From Planctomycetota bacterium (lineage in GTDB: Bacteria; Planctomycetota; UBA11346), in NCBI GenBank assembly GCA_007695355.1, contig REDX01000217.1:14213-78212 (forward strand): a stretch of 64,000 bases of DNA, given 5' to 3'. Under the pieces are notes generated by a model. It made no database searches, was not told the DNA's origin, and saw only the letters and a program-made list of their open reading frames with translations. Below, piece after piece: positions 37,125 through 45,934 of the stretch. The position numbers and the translations under genes are program-made. Position 1 is the stretch's first letter, and the number at the start of each line of letters is the position of its first letter.

Positions 37125-39050
37125 CTAAAAATCCAAGGAAAAGCGGGGCTGATCGTAGTGCGGCTGGGCGCCAGCCCGGCGTTGTTCGCCGTGGCGTTGG
37201 GTGAGGCGTTGGCGGTCGCACCATTCAAGCAGCGGAATGGCCCAGCGCCGGCTTAGGCCCCACTGTGCCTTGACCCACTGGACGGTAATGCCCTGGCCAG
37301 CGGCGCAGGCGGCTAAGAGCTCGGCAATGGCCGATTCGAGAATTGAGCGGTGGAGATGCTGGCGATCGTTGAGGGCCACTAAGTGGCCCCGTTCGCGCAG
37401 CCATACCAGGGCTCGGGCGGCATTGCTGGGATCGGGCTGCTGGGCCAGCATGGGGTGGTCGTAGGGGGGACTTAGGCCGGCGGCCTGGTAGCTGTCCATT
37501 AGGGCCTCGGCGGCCTGGCGCAGCCGCTTGCCCATGGTGGGGATCTGCAAGGGGGCGGTAAGAGACTGCTGCCAGCGCTGCAACTCTTCATCGCTTGCCA
37601 AGCCCTCCATCAGCAGCGGCCATTGTTTGCCAGGAATGGCGGGAATTTTGTGCGCCAGTTCGCCGAGGCTGACCCATACCCGCCCATCTTCCTGTTCGAG
37701 TACGCGGAGGATGCAGGCCAGCAGGCATGAGCGCAGCTGCTGCCAGCTGGCTTCGCTCCAGATATAGGGCCCATACTGACGCTTATGCGGGCCGAGCTCA
37801 GCGAGCATTGCCGCCGCCGGGCCTTCGCCCCCGGCCCAGCGGCGGAGATCATCCAGGGCCATGCCGGCCGGAGCCAATTGCAGCAGATGGGCGGGCAGGG
37901 CTTGTTCGGGCCGGGCCGCACGCGCCTGTGCCGTCTGCCGCCGCCGCCGTGGCTTGGCCGCCGGATCGAGGATATCGGCGCGGCCCAGATTGGCCGGTGG
38001 CGCCGGTCGTCGGAGGATAAGGGCATCGCCCACCGCCGCGAAGATGGGCTGCTCCAAGCGCAGTTGGGCCGGCCCGGGCTGGGTGAGTAGATCCACCCCG
38101 GCATCCAAATAACAGCGTCCGCGCAGGGTGGCGGTGCCGTGGATAAGCTCAATGACTTCGCGGTGTCGAATGCCCCGCTCTAGGGGCTGCAGGTGGACAT
38201 CGATGCAGCGACTTTCCATCACCGCATCGGGGCTGGTTATCCAGGTGCCGCGGGGCACCGCCGCCACTTCGACGCGGGCGAGATTGATCGCCACCCGCTG
38301 CCCGGGCCTGGCCTGGTCTACATCGCGGCCATGGACCTGGAGTCCGCGCACCCGCGCCCCAGTTCCCGGGCACAGCACGAGTTCATCGCCGCGCTGGATG
38401 CAGCCGCTGCTGAGGGTGCCGGTGACAATGGTGCCGCGGCCGGGTAATTGGAAGGCGCGATCGATGGCCAGGCGGGCTGGGCCATCCAGGGGCCGCTGCA
38501 GGCGCTGCCGGGCCTGGCCAAAGAGCCAGCTGCGCAATTCCGCAATGCCATCGCCGCGGCGGCTGGAGACGGCCAGGGGCGGGTGATCGGCAAAGGGGGT
38601 GCCGGCAACGGCTTCCGCGATGGCGCTGCTGGTTGCCGCCAGCTGTTCGGCATCGGCGAGGTCGCAGCGGGTCAGCACCACCCGGCCCCAGGGGAGATTG
38701 AGCAGCTGTAGCACCTCCCAGTGCTCTAGGGTTTGCGCCTCCATGCCGGCGTCTGCGGCAACCACCAGGAGGGCGCCGTCGCTGCCAAAGGCGCCGGCGA
38801 TCATGCGTTTGACAAAGCGCTCATGGCCGGGGCAGTCGATAAAGGCCAGCTCGCAGGCGGGCTCCAGGCCATCGCTGGCAAAGGCATAGCCCAGCTCAAT
38901 GGTCATCCCTCGCCGCTGCTCATCGGCCAGCCGATCGGTGCTGCCAGCTGCTGTGAGGGCTTCCACCAATGAACTCTTGCCATGATCGATATGGCCAACG
39001 CAGGCGATAATCACCTGCGCTGGGGCGTATGGGATTGGGGCGGTATCCAT
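37125..39050 (-). CDS. selB: selenocysteine-specific translation elongation factor SelB
   Basis: G1 GHIDHGKSS, G3 DCPGH and a G4-like TRCD. EF-Tu-like domains II/III are followed by a long winged-helix C-terminal extension (641 aa total). selC is adjacent. Confidence 0.9.
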   Translation of the reverse strand: MDTAPIPYAPAQVIIACVGHIDHGKSSLVEALTAAGSTDRLADEQRRGMTIELGYAFASDGLEPACELAFIDCPGHERFVKRMIAGAFGSDGALLVVAADAGMEAQTLEHWEVLQLLNLPWGRVVLTRCDLADAEQLAATSSAIAEAVAGTPFADHPPLAVSSRRGDGIAELRSWLFGQARQRLQRPLDGPARLAIDRAFQLPGRGTIVTGTLSSGCIQRGDELVLCPGTGARVRGLQVHGRDVDQARPGQRVAINLARVEVAAVPRGTWITSPDAVMESRCIDVHLQPLERGIRHREVIELIHGTATLRGRCYLDAGVDLLTQPGPAQLRLEQPIFAAVGDALILRRPAPPANLGRADILDPAAKPRRRRQTAQARAARPEQALPAHLLQLAPAGMALDDLRRWAGGEGPAAAMLAELGPHKRQYGPYIWSEASWQQLRSCLLACILRVLEQEDGRVWVSLGELAHKIPAIPGKQWPLLMEGLASDEELQRWQQSLTAPLQIPTMGKRLRQAAEALMDSYQAAGLSPPYDHPMLAQQPDPSNAARALVWLRERGHLVALNDRQHLHRSILESAIAELLAACAAGQGITVQWVKAQWGLSRRWAIPLLEWCDRQRLTQRHGEQRRAGAQPHYDQPRFSLDF

Positions 39051-39208
39051 GGCAGGTCGCCATCATGACCTCCGCTTCCAGCCCAAGCAAGGCCTTGCGC
39101 GGCCGATGATCTCGGCTCAGGAACCGATCTGGTCGCTCGCTTTTGGTCTTTCTCCGCTCGCTTTTCGCTGGCTGCCCACCCGGCTTACCGTTCCGCCCTG
39201 GCAAAAGC

Positions 39209-40909
39209 CTAAGGATCCGCTGGGGGATCACCGGGGCCGGGGGCGGGCTCTCCGTTGAGACTGCGGCGGATGGCCCGCTCGTCGGCGGGGTAGGCCGGCT
39301 GCAGTTCCAGGGCGCGCTGCAGGTGATAGGTGGCCGTGGCCTGGTTATCGGCGGCCTGGGCGGCGCGGCCGGCCAGCCAGTGGGCTTCGAAGGACTGGGG
39401 ATTGAGCGCTAAAAGTTCCGCCACCGCCGCCGGGATCTGCGCCGCGGGCAAGCGATTCCGGCTCAGGGCATCGCGTAGAAACTGAAAGCGGGCCAGATGT
39501 TGGCGCAGTAGGGGCAGCTCGGGATCCGCTGGTAGGTCGGCCTCGGGAAGGGGGCCGTCGATGCTGAAGGCGCGCAGGGTGCCGAGGCCATGGCGCGGTT
39601 CGGCCACCCACATCAGCCCCGCTTCGAGATCGGCAATCACCAGATGGGCGGCGATCCAGGCATTGATGGTAGAGCGATTATGGAAGCCGACATCGCGATC
39701 CCCAAGCCCCCGGCGGTCGCGCAGGATGACGGCCAGATCAGCCGCGGAGAGCGGCTCCTGCTGCAGCTTGCCATCTAAGAGTTCCAGCACCCTGGCCGCC
39801 CGCACGGTGGTGGTGCCCTCGGCCAAGCGCTGTTGATTGCGGGCGTCTTCCGCCCAGGCCGGGTGTTCAAAATGGTTGGTATTGATCAGGCGCTGGTCCA
39901 CCGCCTCGCGCTGGGCGAGGCCGCTGGGGCCGATTTCAAAGAGCACCGCCCGCTGTTCATCCCGGGAAGCCACCAAGACGCCATTGGAGACGAAGACCGG
40001 TGAACGGCGCAGGATCTCCTCGGCCTCGGCAATGCTGCTGGCGTATTGGAGGATTTCGCGCACCGCCATAATAATCGGCCGGCCAACCAGGCGCTGAGCG
40101 CTGGTGGCGGCGGCATTGATCGATACCCAGATACCGCGTTCGTTCATGCCGGTGACGGCGCCGGTGAGCCCGGGCCAGGCGACGTGCATAAAGGCATGGC
40201 CCTGGTCAGGGCGCAGGGTAAAGACCACCTTATCGTTATCGAAGCGGGGCCCGCCCTCAAAGTCGAAGAGCCGGCCAATGAGGAGACCGCCGCTGGCGCT
40301 ATGTGGGCCGCCGATGGCGAAGGCAGTGCAGCCCACCTGAATCGGCCGCACCAGGGGATTATCGATGAGATACTGGCTGACATCGTGCAGGGCGTGGTAG
40401 TGCAGGGCCCGCTGATAGGGGTGGCCCATGGCCCGCCAGGGGTCGCTGGTTGGCGGGGCGACGGCGGTGGCGGCGCGGATCTCGCGCAGTTCGCGGGGCT
40501 GAAAGAACTGCGGCAGCCGGCTATTATTGAGGCCCACCAGCCCCAGCAGCAGATGGCGGGCCAGCACCGTCGGCACCCGTTCGCGCAGGGTGTCGACGAG
40601 ATCCCCTTCCAGGTCCATAATCAGCGGATGCAGCAGCAGGCCCTGGGCCGCACCCAGGGCTTCTGGACTGCCGGCGGCATCCAGCCACCACACGCCGCCG
40701 ACCCGGCGCAGCTGGGCGCTGCCATCGCTGGCCCACGCGCCCTGGTCGCTCTCCAGGCGCGTCGGCGGCTGCCAATCCCGGGGCAGGGCGGGCAGGGCCG
40801 GCATGCTGAGGATGAAACCGAGGCTGGGCAGCACGAGAACCAGCAGCAGCACCGCGGCCAGGGCAGCGGCGGCGCTCAGCCGCAGGGCCGTGGCCAGCCA
40901 CCGCCTCAT
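39209..40909 (-). CDS. membrane-anchored C45-family (acyl-CoA:6-APA acyltransferase-like, Ntn hydrolase) protein with a TPR-like C-terminus
   Basis: Start at ATG 40909 (MRRWLATAL...), forming an ATGA overlap with the upstream stop. ATG 40933 is an alternative. There is an N-terminal TM helix. The candidate nucleophile context QVGCTAFAIGG...GRLFDFEG is typical of C45. The C-terminus ...YHLQRALELQPAYP is TPR-like. Confidence 0.6.
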   Translation of the reverse strand: MRRWLATALRLSAAAALAAVLLLVLVLPSLGFILSMPALPALPRDWQPPTRLESDQGAWASDGSAQLRRVGGVWWLDAAGSPEALGAAQGLLLHPLIMDLEGDLVDTLRERVPTVLARHLLLGLVGLNNSRLPQFFQPRELREIRAATAVAPPTSDPWRAMGHPYQRALHYHALHDVSQYLIDNPLVRPIQVGCTAFAIGGPHSASGGLLIGRLFDFEGGPRFDNDKVVFTLRPDQGHAFMHVAWPGLTGAVTGMNERGIWVSINAAATSAQRLVGRPIIMAVREILQYASSIAEAEEILRRSPVFVSNGVLVASRDEQRAVLFEIGPSGLAQREAVDQRLINTNHFEHPAWAEDARNQQRLAEGTTTVRAARVLELLDGKLQQEPLSAADLAVILRDRRGLGDRDVGFHNRSTINAWIAAHLVIADLEAGLMWVAEPRHGLGTLRAFSIDGPLPEADLPADPELPLLRQHLARFQFLRDALSRNRLPAAQIPAAVAELLALNPQSFEAHWLAGRAAQAADNQATATYHLQRALELQPAYPADERAIRRSLNGEPAPGPGDPPADP

Positions 40910-41280
40910 CGGCTGGCCACCCGTAAGCGACATTGGCAGGCCCTGCCCGCCGCCGCGCTGACCTGCCCGTCCACCTGCCAGCCCCCCGCTTCCAGGGCCT
41001 GCCAGCGGGCGCTGACCGTCAGCAGATCATCGGGGCGCAGGGGCCGGGTCCACTTGCAGCGCTCAATGGCCAGCAGCTGCAGCTGGCCGAGGCCGGCCAC
41101 CGCCTGCATGAGCTGGCAGACCAGGGCCAATTGGTAGACCCCAGGAACCAAGGGGTTACCCGGGAAGTGGCCGCCGAATACCGGCAGATCGGGGTGAAAG
41201 CAGGCCTCGCCGCGGGCCCCATCGAGACCATCGGCCTGGTGGCTGCGCAGGGCCAGTTGGGCATCGGCGAAGGGGGTCAT
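40906..41280 (-). CDS. FabA/FabZ-like hotdog-fold dehydratase
   Basis: FGGHFPGNPLVPGVYQLALVCQ matches the F.GHFP..P..PGV dehydratase motif. 124 aa. ATGA overlaps at both ends. Confidence 0.7.
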   Translation of the reverse strand: MTPFADAQLALRSHQADGLDGARGEACFHPDLPVFGGHFPGNPLVPGVYQLALVCQLMQAVAGLGQLQLLAIERCKWTRPLRPDDLLTVSARWQALEAGGWQVDGQVSAAAGRACQCRLRVASR

Positions 41281-41771
41281 GGGCCGGCATCCGGGTTTGC
41301 CGCTGGGCGCGCGGCACGGGCGGCGGCGATGGCGCTAAAGAGCTGGGCCACCGGCGGCGGCGGGGTGAGATAGGGCAGGCCCGTGGCGTCAACAAAGAGC
41401 TGCAGGCTATTGGCAATGCAGCAGAGCTCGCCGGCGCCATTGCGCACCTCGTAGCGGCATTCCAATTTGGGCTCACCGCCGGGAATCTGGGCGCAGGTCA
41501 CCTGCAGTTCTTCGCCGGAGCGGGCTGGCCGCAAATAGTCCAATTGCATCCGCACCACCGGTGCCGGGCAGTCGTGGAGCTCCATCGCCTGGTAGGAGAG
41601 GCCACGGGCGCCGAGGTAGACTTCGCGGGCGGTTTCGCAGTAGGCGACGTAGTGGCCGTGCCAGACCACATTCATGCTATCGACTTCGTTGAAGCGCACC
41701 CGCAAGGGGATGCTTAGCTGGTCCCAGCTGGGATCGATGCCCTCAAGGCCCCGTCGTGAAATGCGCGTCAT
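41277..41771 (-). CDS. 4HBT/YbgC-like acyl-CoA (or acyl-ACP) thioesterase
   Basis: LRVRFNEVDSMNVVWHGHYVAYCETAREVYL is the hotdog thioesterase N-terminal pattern (v.y.dtD..g.V.h..Y..y.e.AR). Confidence 0.7.
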   Translation of the reverse strand: MTRISRRGLEGIDPSWDQLSIPLRVRFNEVDSMNVVWHGHYVAYCETAREVYLGARGLSYQAMELHDCPAPVVRMQLDYLRPARSGEELQVTCAQIPGGEPKLECRYEVRNGAGELCCIANSLQLFVDATGLPYLTPPPPVAQLFSAIAAARAARPAANPDAGP

Positions 41772-42193
41772 GGGTTGCCCCCAGGGCTGTCACTCATGCC
41801 CATGGTTTTGATTTCACTGCGGCCGATGAGGCGGCCATCGTGGTCCAAAAATTCTGCGGCATAGACGGCAAAGGGGGGCAGGTCGAGGATGCGCGCTACC
41901 CGGCAGCGATGGGCGGCGGCGCCGGGAATGAGGATCTCCGCCCCCTTGAGTCCCACCAGCATGCCCTTGGCGAGGCCGGCCTCGCCTCCGGCGCCGGCGG
42001 CCTGGCTTTGACCATAGCCGAGAAGCACGGCCACCGTCTGTGCCCCGGCCTCGCACCAAGTTAAGAGATCCGTCGGCGCCCCCTGCAATTGGCTCAAAGC
42101 CTGACTGCCATCGGCGGCGGCTTCTAAGAGCTCGGCCAGCAGCAGGGCTGGCGGCTGATGACTGGTTAAGCTGGCGGGGGCTGGCAGGGCCAT
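41768..42193 (-). CDS. small hotdog-like protein (possible dehydratase partner subunit)
   Basis: 141 aa with start and stop overlapping both neighbours. Its position and size resemble the second dehydratase-like protein of aryl-polyene-type clusters. Sequence evidence is weak. Confidence 0.4.
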   Translation of the reverse strand: MALPAPASLTSHQPPALLLAELLEAAADGSQALSQLQGAPTDLLTWCEAGAQTVAVLLGYGQSQAAGAGGEAGLAKGMLVGLKGAEILIPGAAAHRCRVARILDLPPFAVYAAEFLDHDGRLIGRSEIKTMGMSDSPGGNP

Positions 42194-42912
42194 TAAGTCA
42201 CCAGTCCGCCATTAATGCCCAGCACCTGGCCGGTAATATAACTGGCGCCGGGGCTGCAGAGGAAGGACACCCCATGGGCCACCTCTTCCACCGTGCCCAC
42301 CCGCGCCATGGGTACCGCTGCCAGCATCTGATCGAGGGGTAGGTCGGCGGTCATATCGGTGGCGATAAGGCCTGGAGCCACCGCATTGACTGTCACCTTG
42401 CGCTTGGCGACTTCCCGGGCCAGAGCCTTCACCGCGGCAATCAGCCCGCCCTTGGCGGCGCTATAGTTGACCTGCCCCGCATTGCCCACCTGCCCGGATA
42501 CCGAGGCCAGGGCAACGATACGGCCGCGGCGCTGTCGCATCAGCGGCCCAATCAGCGGCCGCAGCACCTGATAAAAACCGCCGAGGGAGGTGCCCAGGAC
42601 ATCATCCCAATCCGCTTCGCTCATCATGCCAAAAAGGGTGTCGCGGGTAATCCCGGCATTGAGCACCACCGCCTCCGGGCAGCCCTGCTCTTCCAGCATT
42701 GCGGCCAGGGCCTGCTGGCAGGCCTCGCGATCGCCGACATCGAAGGGCAGCAGATGGGCGGCCCGCCCGCAGGCCCGAACTTGCTCCGCCACCGCCTCGG
42801 CCTCGGCGACCCGGGAGCGGTAATTGAGGACGATATCAAAGCCATCGCTGGCGAGACGGGTGGCAATGGCGGCGCCAATGCCGCGACTGGCGCCGGTGAC
42901 AAGTGCATACAT
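42193..42912 (-). CDS. fabG: 3-oxoacyl-ACP reductase (SDR)
   Basis: TGASRGIG cofactor motif, NAG, catalytic S...YSAAK, and a C-terminal ITGQVLGINGG. Confidence 0.85.
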   Translation of the reverse strand: MYALVTGASRGIGAAIATRLASDGFDIVLNYRSRVAEAEAVAEQVRACGRAAHLLPFDVGDREACQQALAAMLEEQGCPEAVVLNAGITRDTLFGMMSEADWDDVLGTSLGGFYQVLRPLIGPLMRQRRGRIVALASVSGQVGNAGQVNYSAAKGGLIAAVKALAREVAKRKVTVNAVAPGLIATDMTADLPLDQMLAAVPMARVGTVEEVAHGVSFLCSPGASYITGQVLGINGGLVT

Positions 42913-43027
42913 GCAAGAACCCTAAGCCGCCGAGGGGTAGAGACAATCACCCGCCACGCGGCTGCCGTCCTGAAGGAGCCCCCGGTCCGCTGGTTGCGCT
43001 ACCCCAGCGCCAGCCACCATCGGCGCC

Positions 43028-43825
43028 ATGCAATGGGCAGTTTTCGGTGCGGGTTTGGTGGGAAGCTATCTCGGTGCCGCCGGTGGCGCCAGCCATGCCT
43101 GCCGGCGCCGCCAGGGGCCCCTGCGCGAGCGGGTTTGCCTGGCCGATGGCGTCCGCGAGTGGGCACCTCAGCCCTTCCCTCAGCAGACCGGGGAAATGCC
43201 AGTCCTGGTCGCCAGCCGCGCCCACCACACGCCCTGGCAGCACTGCCAGCCCCATTGGCTGGCGGCGCAGAATGGCCTCGGCCAAGGGCTGCCGGTCTTG
43301 GTCTGCTTCCTCGCCGTCGATCGCGATGCCGAGGGCCGCATTGTCTCTAGCACCGGCAGCCCCCCGCGGGTGGTCTGCGGCCCCGTGGCCGCCAGCTGGC
43401 AGCCGATTTTCCAGGCCTGGCGCGGCGCTGGACTGGTGGTGGAAACGGTGGCGGATATACGTCCGGCGCAGTGGGAAAAAGCCATTCTCAATGCCACTCT
43501 GGGGCCCCTCTGCCTGGCCAGCGGGCGTTCGATGCCGGAAGTAATGGCCGATGCCACGGCCCGGCAATTGGTGCTCGCCGGCCTTGCCGAGGGCGAGGCC
43601 ATCGCCGCCGCCAATGGCATTGCCCTGGCGCCCGATCTGCAGCCCCGGGCCCTGGCCTTCTTTAATGCCATGGGCGATCACCGGCCCTCGGTGCTCAATG
43701 ATCCGGCAGAGCTGGCCTGGGTATTGCCGCCCCTCTTGGCGGCTGCCCAGCGTCAGCGCCTGCCGGCGCCAGCCCTGCAGGAGATTTTTGCACGGGCCAG
43801 CAGCCTCTGCCAGGGGCCATGCTAA
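43028..43825 (+). CDS. ketopantoate reductase (ApbA/PanE) family oxidoreductase
   Basis: N-terminal Rossmann VFGAGLVGSYLG. The central AQWEKAILNATLGPLCLASG matches the PanE W.K...N...N.l.al pattern. The opposing 42947-43681 ORF is rejected. Confidence 0.55.
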   Translation: MQWAVFGAGLVGSYLGAAGGASHACRRRQGPLRERVCLADGVREWAPQPFPQQTGEMPVLVASRAHHTPWQHCQPHWLAAQNGLGQGLPVLVCFLAVDRDAEGRIVSSTGSPPRVVCGPVAASWQPIFQAWRGAGLVVETVADIRPAQWEKAILNATLGPLCLASGRSMPEVMADATARQLVLAGLAEGEAIAAANGIALAPDLQPRALAFFNAMGDHRPSVLNDPAELAWVLPPLLAAAQRQRLPAPALQEIFARASSLCQGPC

Positions 43826-44421
43826 TGGGACTGCCCGGCTGGATGCAGATCCATGGCCAATTGGTGCTGCTGAGCCCCGCCCTGCTCTGCCTCGGCAGCT
43901 GGGCCCTGGCCGCCCTCCTGCGGCCCTGGCCGCGGCTGGCCCGGGGGCTGCTGCTTGGCTTCCTGCTCTTGGCCCTGCTGCTGCAGCTGCTCATCCTTCT
44001 GGCCCTGCTGCGGCAGCAGGCCTGGTTCGCCAGCCTGCCGGCGCCCTGGCTGCACAGCGGTTTCCTTTGGCTGCTGCTGGCCCTGCTGACGACTCCCTTG
44101 GTAGTATGGCAGAGAACATCCGGCTGGCGCCCCCTGGTTGAGTGGCCGCGCTGCCTCGGTCAGTTGTGGCTAATGCTGCTCTGCGCCCTGCCCCTGGCCT
44201 TGCTGCCCGCCCTCGCCGAGGTCCGCGATGGGGGCCGGCGGGGCCTTTTGCTCTTGGCCCTGGTGGTGGGCCTGGGCTTAGTCGCTGCCCAGGCCTGGCT
44301 GGCGGCATTTATTCTGCAATTGGCCCTCATCGCCGTGGCGCTGCCGGCCTGGCGTGCCAGCGTCGCTATCGCCCTGCCCCTGGCCCTGGTCCTCACCCTG
44401 ATTCAACAAAGATGGATATAA
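43819..44421 (+). CDS. Leu-rich polytopic membrane protein, hypothetical
   Basis: 200 aa with about 5-6 hydrophobic helices. Its ATG lies inside the upstream gene's last codons (ccATGcTAA), and the next gene starts 2 nt after its stop. Confidence 0.45.
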   Translation: MLMGLPGWMQIHGQLVLLSPALLCLGSWALAALLRPWPRLARGLLLGFLLLALLLQLLILLALLRQQAWFASLPAPWLHSGFLWLLLALLTTPLVVWQRTSGWRPLVEWPRCLGQLWLMLLCALPLALLPALAEVRDGGRRGLLLLALVVGLGLVAAQAWLAAFILQLALIAVALPAWRASVAIALPLALVLTLIQQRWI

Positions 44422-44422
44422 T

Positions 44423-45880
44423 ATGGCGATGACTGTGGGCCGTGCGGTGGTGATTGGCTCTGGCCTGTCTGGGGTGTCCACCGCCATCCTCTTGGCCGAG
44501 GATGGCTGGCAGGTCGATATTTTGGAGCGGCATAGCATTCCCGGTGGCCTCATGCAGCGCTACCGCCGCGGTGACTGCCGCTTTGATACCGGCTTTCACC
44601 TTCTCTCCAGCGCCCAGCCAGGGGGGGTGCTGCGGGCAATCCTCGCCCGCCTCGGCACCCTCGAGCAGACCCATTTCTTGGCCCCCGATCCCCAGGCCCA
44701 ATTCGTAATGCACCTGCCCGGCGAGCTTAGCCTGGCGGTGCCGCCGGGCTTGGCTGGGGCCCAGGCCGCCGCCAGTCAGGCCTGGCCTGAACAGGGCCCG
44801 GCCATCGCCCGCTTTTTCAACCTGCTGCGCGCCCGCCTCGCCGCCAATCCCTACCTCAGCAATCTCGCCGAGGGGCAGCCCCTGGAAGCGGTGGACCCTA
44901 GTTGGTCGGTGGATCAGGTCCTGCTCGACTGCGGCGTCGAAGGCCCCGCCCGCACTCTCCTCGGCTCGGCGGCTTCGATCCTCGCCATGCGCGCCGAGTC
45001 CTGTCCCTTTGATCTCTACGCCGCCTTTGCCGGTTCCAGCTTTGCTGGCGCCTGGCGGGTGGCCGATGGCGGCGATGGCCTAATGGGCCCGCTGCTGGCC
45101 CGGGCCCAGGGCCTGGGTGCGCGCCTGCATCGACGCTGCCCGGCCGAGCGCATCGAGCACGACGGCCAGCGGGTGAGCCTGGTGCAGGATGGGCGCGGCG
45201 GTCAGTACCCCTGTGATCTGGTGGTGGCGGCCTGTCACCCCGATGAGGTTTGGCGCCTGGTTGGCGACGATGGCCTGCGTCCCAGTTTTAAGGCGCGGCT
45301 GCAGGAGGTTCCGGATAGCGATGGCGCGGTGCTGCTGGCCGCCCGCCTCGATTCCAGCGCCGAGGAACTGGGCCGCCGTCACCACCTGCTGCGCCTTGCC
45401 GATGGCGGCGATGTCTACCTGGTTGCCCCGGACCGCTGGCAGGAGGGCATCGTACCCTGCCTTGAGGCCATGCTCTGGGTGCCGGTGGACCAGGTGGCCG
45501 CCTTCCGCCAAACCCGCCTCGGCGCCCGCAATCCGGCCTACGAAGCGTGGAAGCAGTCCCAGGAAGAGCGCCTGCGCACCGCTATTGAGGAGCGCTTTCC
45601 GCGGGTCGCAGCCAGCATCACCAAGGTGTGGACGGCCTCACCCCTCACCTTCCGCGATTATCTGGGCGGCCGCCACGGCGGCGCCATGGGCCTCAGCCAC
45701 CACCTCGGCGGCGGCCTCGCCGACCGCCCCTTAAGCCCCCGCAGCAAACTCCGCAACCTCCTCTTCACCGGCCAAAGCGTGCACCACCCAGGCATTCTTG
45801 GCTCATTAGTTGGTGGCTGCGTCACCGCCGGCGCCATCCTCGGCCGCAATCTCACCGAAGAAGTCCTCGCTCATCGATAA
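44423..45880 (+). CDS. NAD(P)/FAD-dependent oxidoreductase, phytoene-desaturase (CrtI)-like
   Basis: N-terminal dinucleotide fold VVIGSGLSGVSTAILLAEDGWQVDILERHSIPGG. C-terminal ...LLFTGQSVHHPGILGSLVGG is typical of the amine-oxidase/CrtI fold. Confidence 0.7.
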   Translation: MAMTVGRAVVIGSGLSGVSTAILLAEDGWQVDILERHSIPGGLMQRYRRGDCRFDTGFHLLSSAQPGGVLRAILARLGTLEQTHFLAPDPQAQFVMHLPGELSLAVPPGLAGAQAAASQAWPEQGPAIARFFNLLRARLAANPYLSNLAEGQPLEAVDPSWSVDQVLLDCGVEGPARTLLGSAASILAMRAESCPFDLYAAFAGSSFAGAWRVADGGDGLMGPLLARAQGLGARLHRRCPAERIEHDGQRVSLVQDGRGGQYPCDLVVAACHPDEVWRLVGDDGLRPSFKARLQEVPDSDGAVLLAARLDSSAEELGRRHHLLRLADGGDVYLVAPDRWQEGIVPCLEAMLWVPVDQVAAFRQTRLGARNPAYEAWKQSQEERLRTAIEERFPRVAASITKVWTASPLTFRDYLGGRHGGAMGLSHHLGGGLADRPLSPRSKLRNLLFTGQSVHHPGILGSLVGGCVTAGAILGRNLTEEVLAHR

Positions 45881-45934
45881 TTCTCGAGGCGGTGATTTTT
45901 GTGCCGGCATGGTTCTGTGCCGAGGGGGCTGGGT

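Noticed and set aside
42947-43681. 244-aa minus-strand ORF, and other long ORFs opposite real genes (e.g. 9663-10580, 15459-16310, 40046-41137, 50813-51784, 53893-54510).
   Set aside because: These are typical GC-rich antisense or off-frame shadows: Arg/Gly/Ala/Pro-rich with no motifs. Each overlaps a gene with clear family signatures on the other strand or frame.
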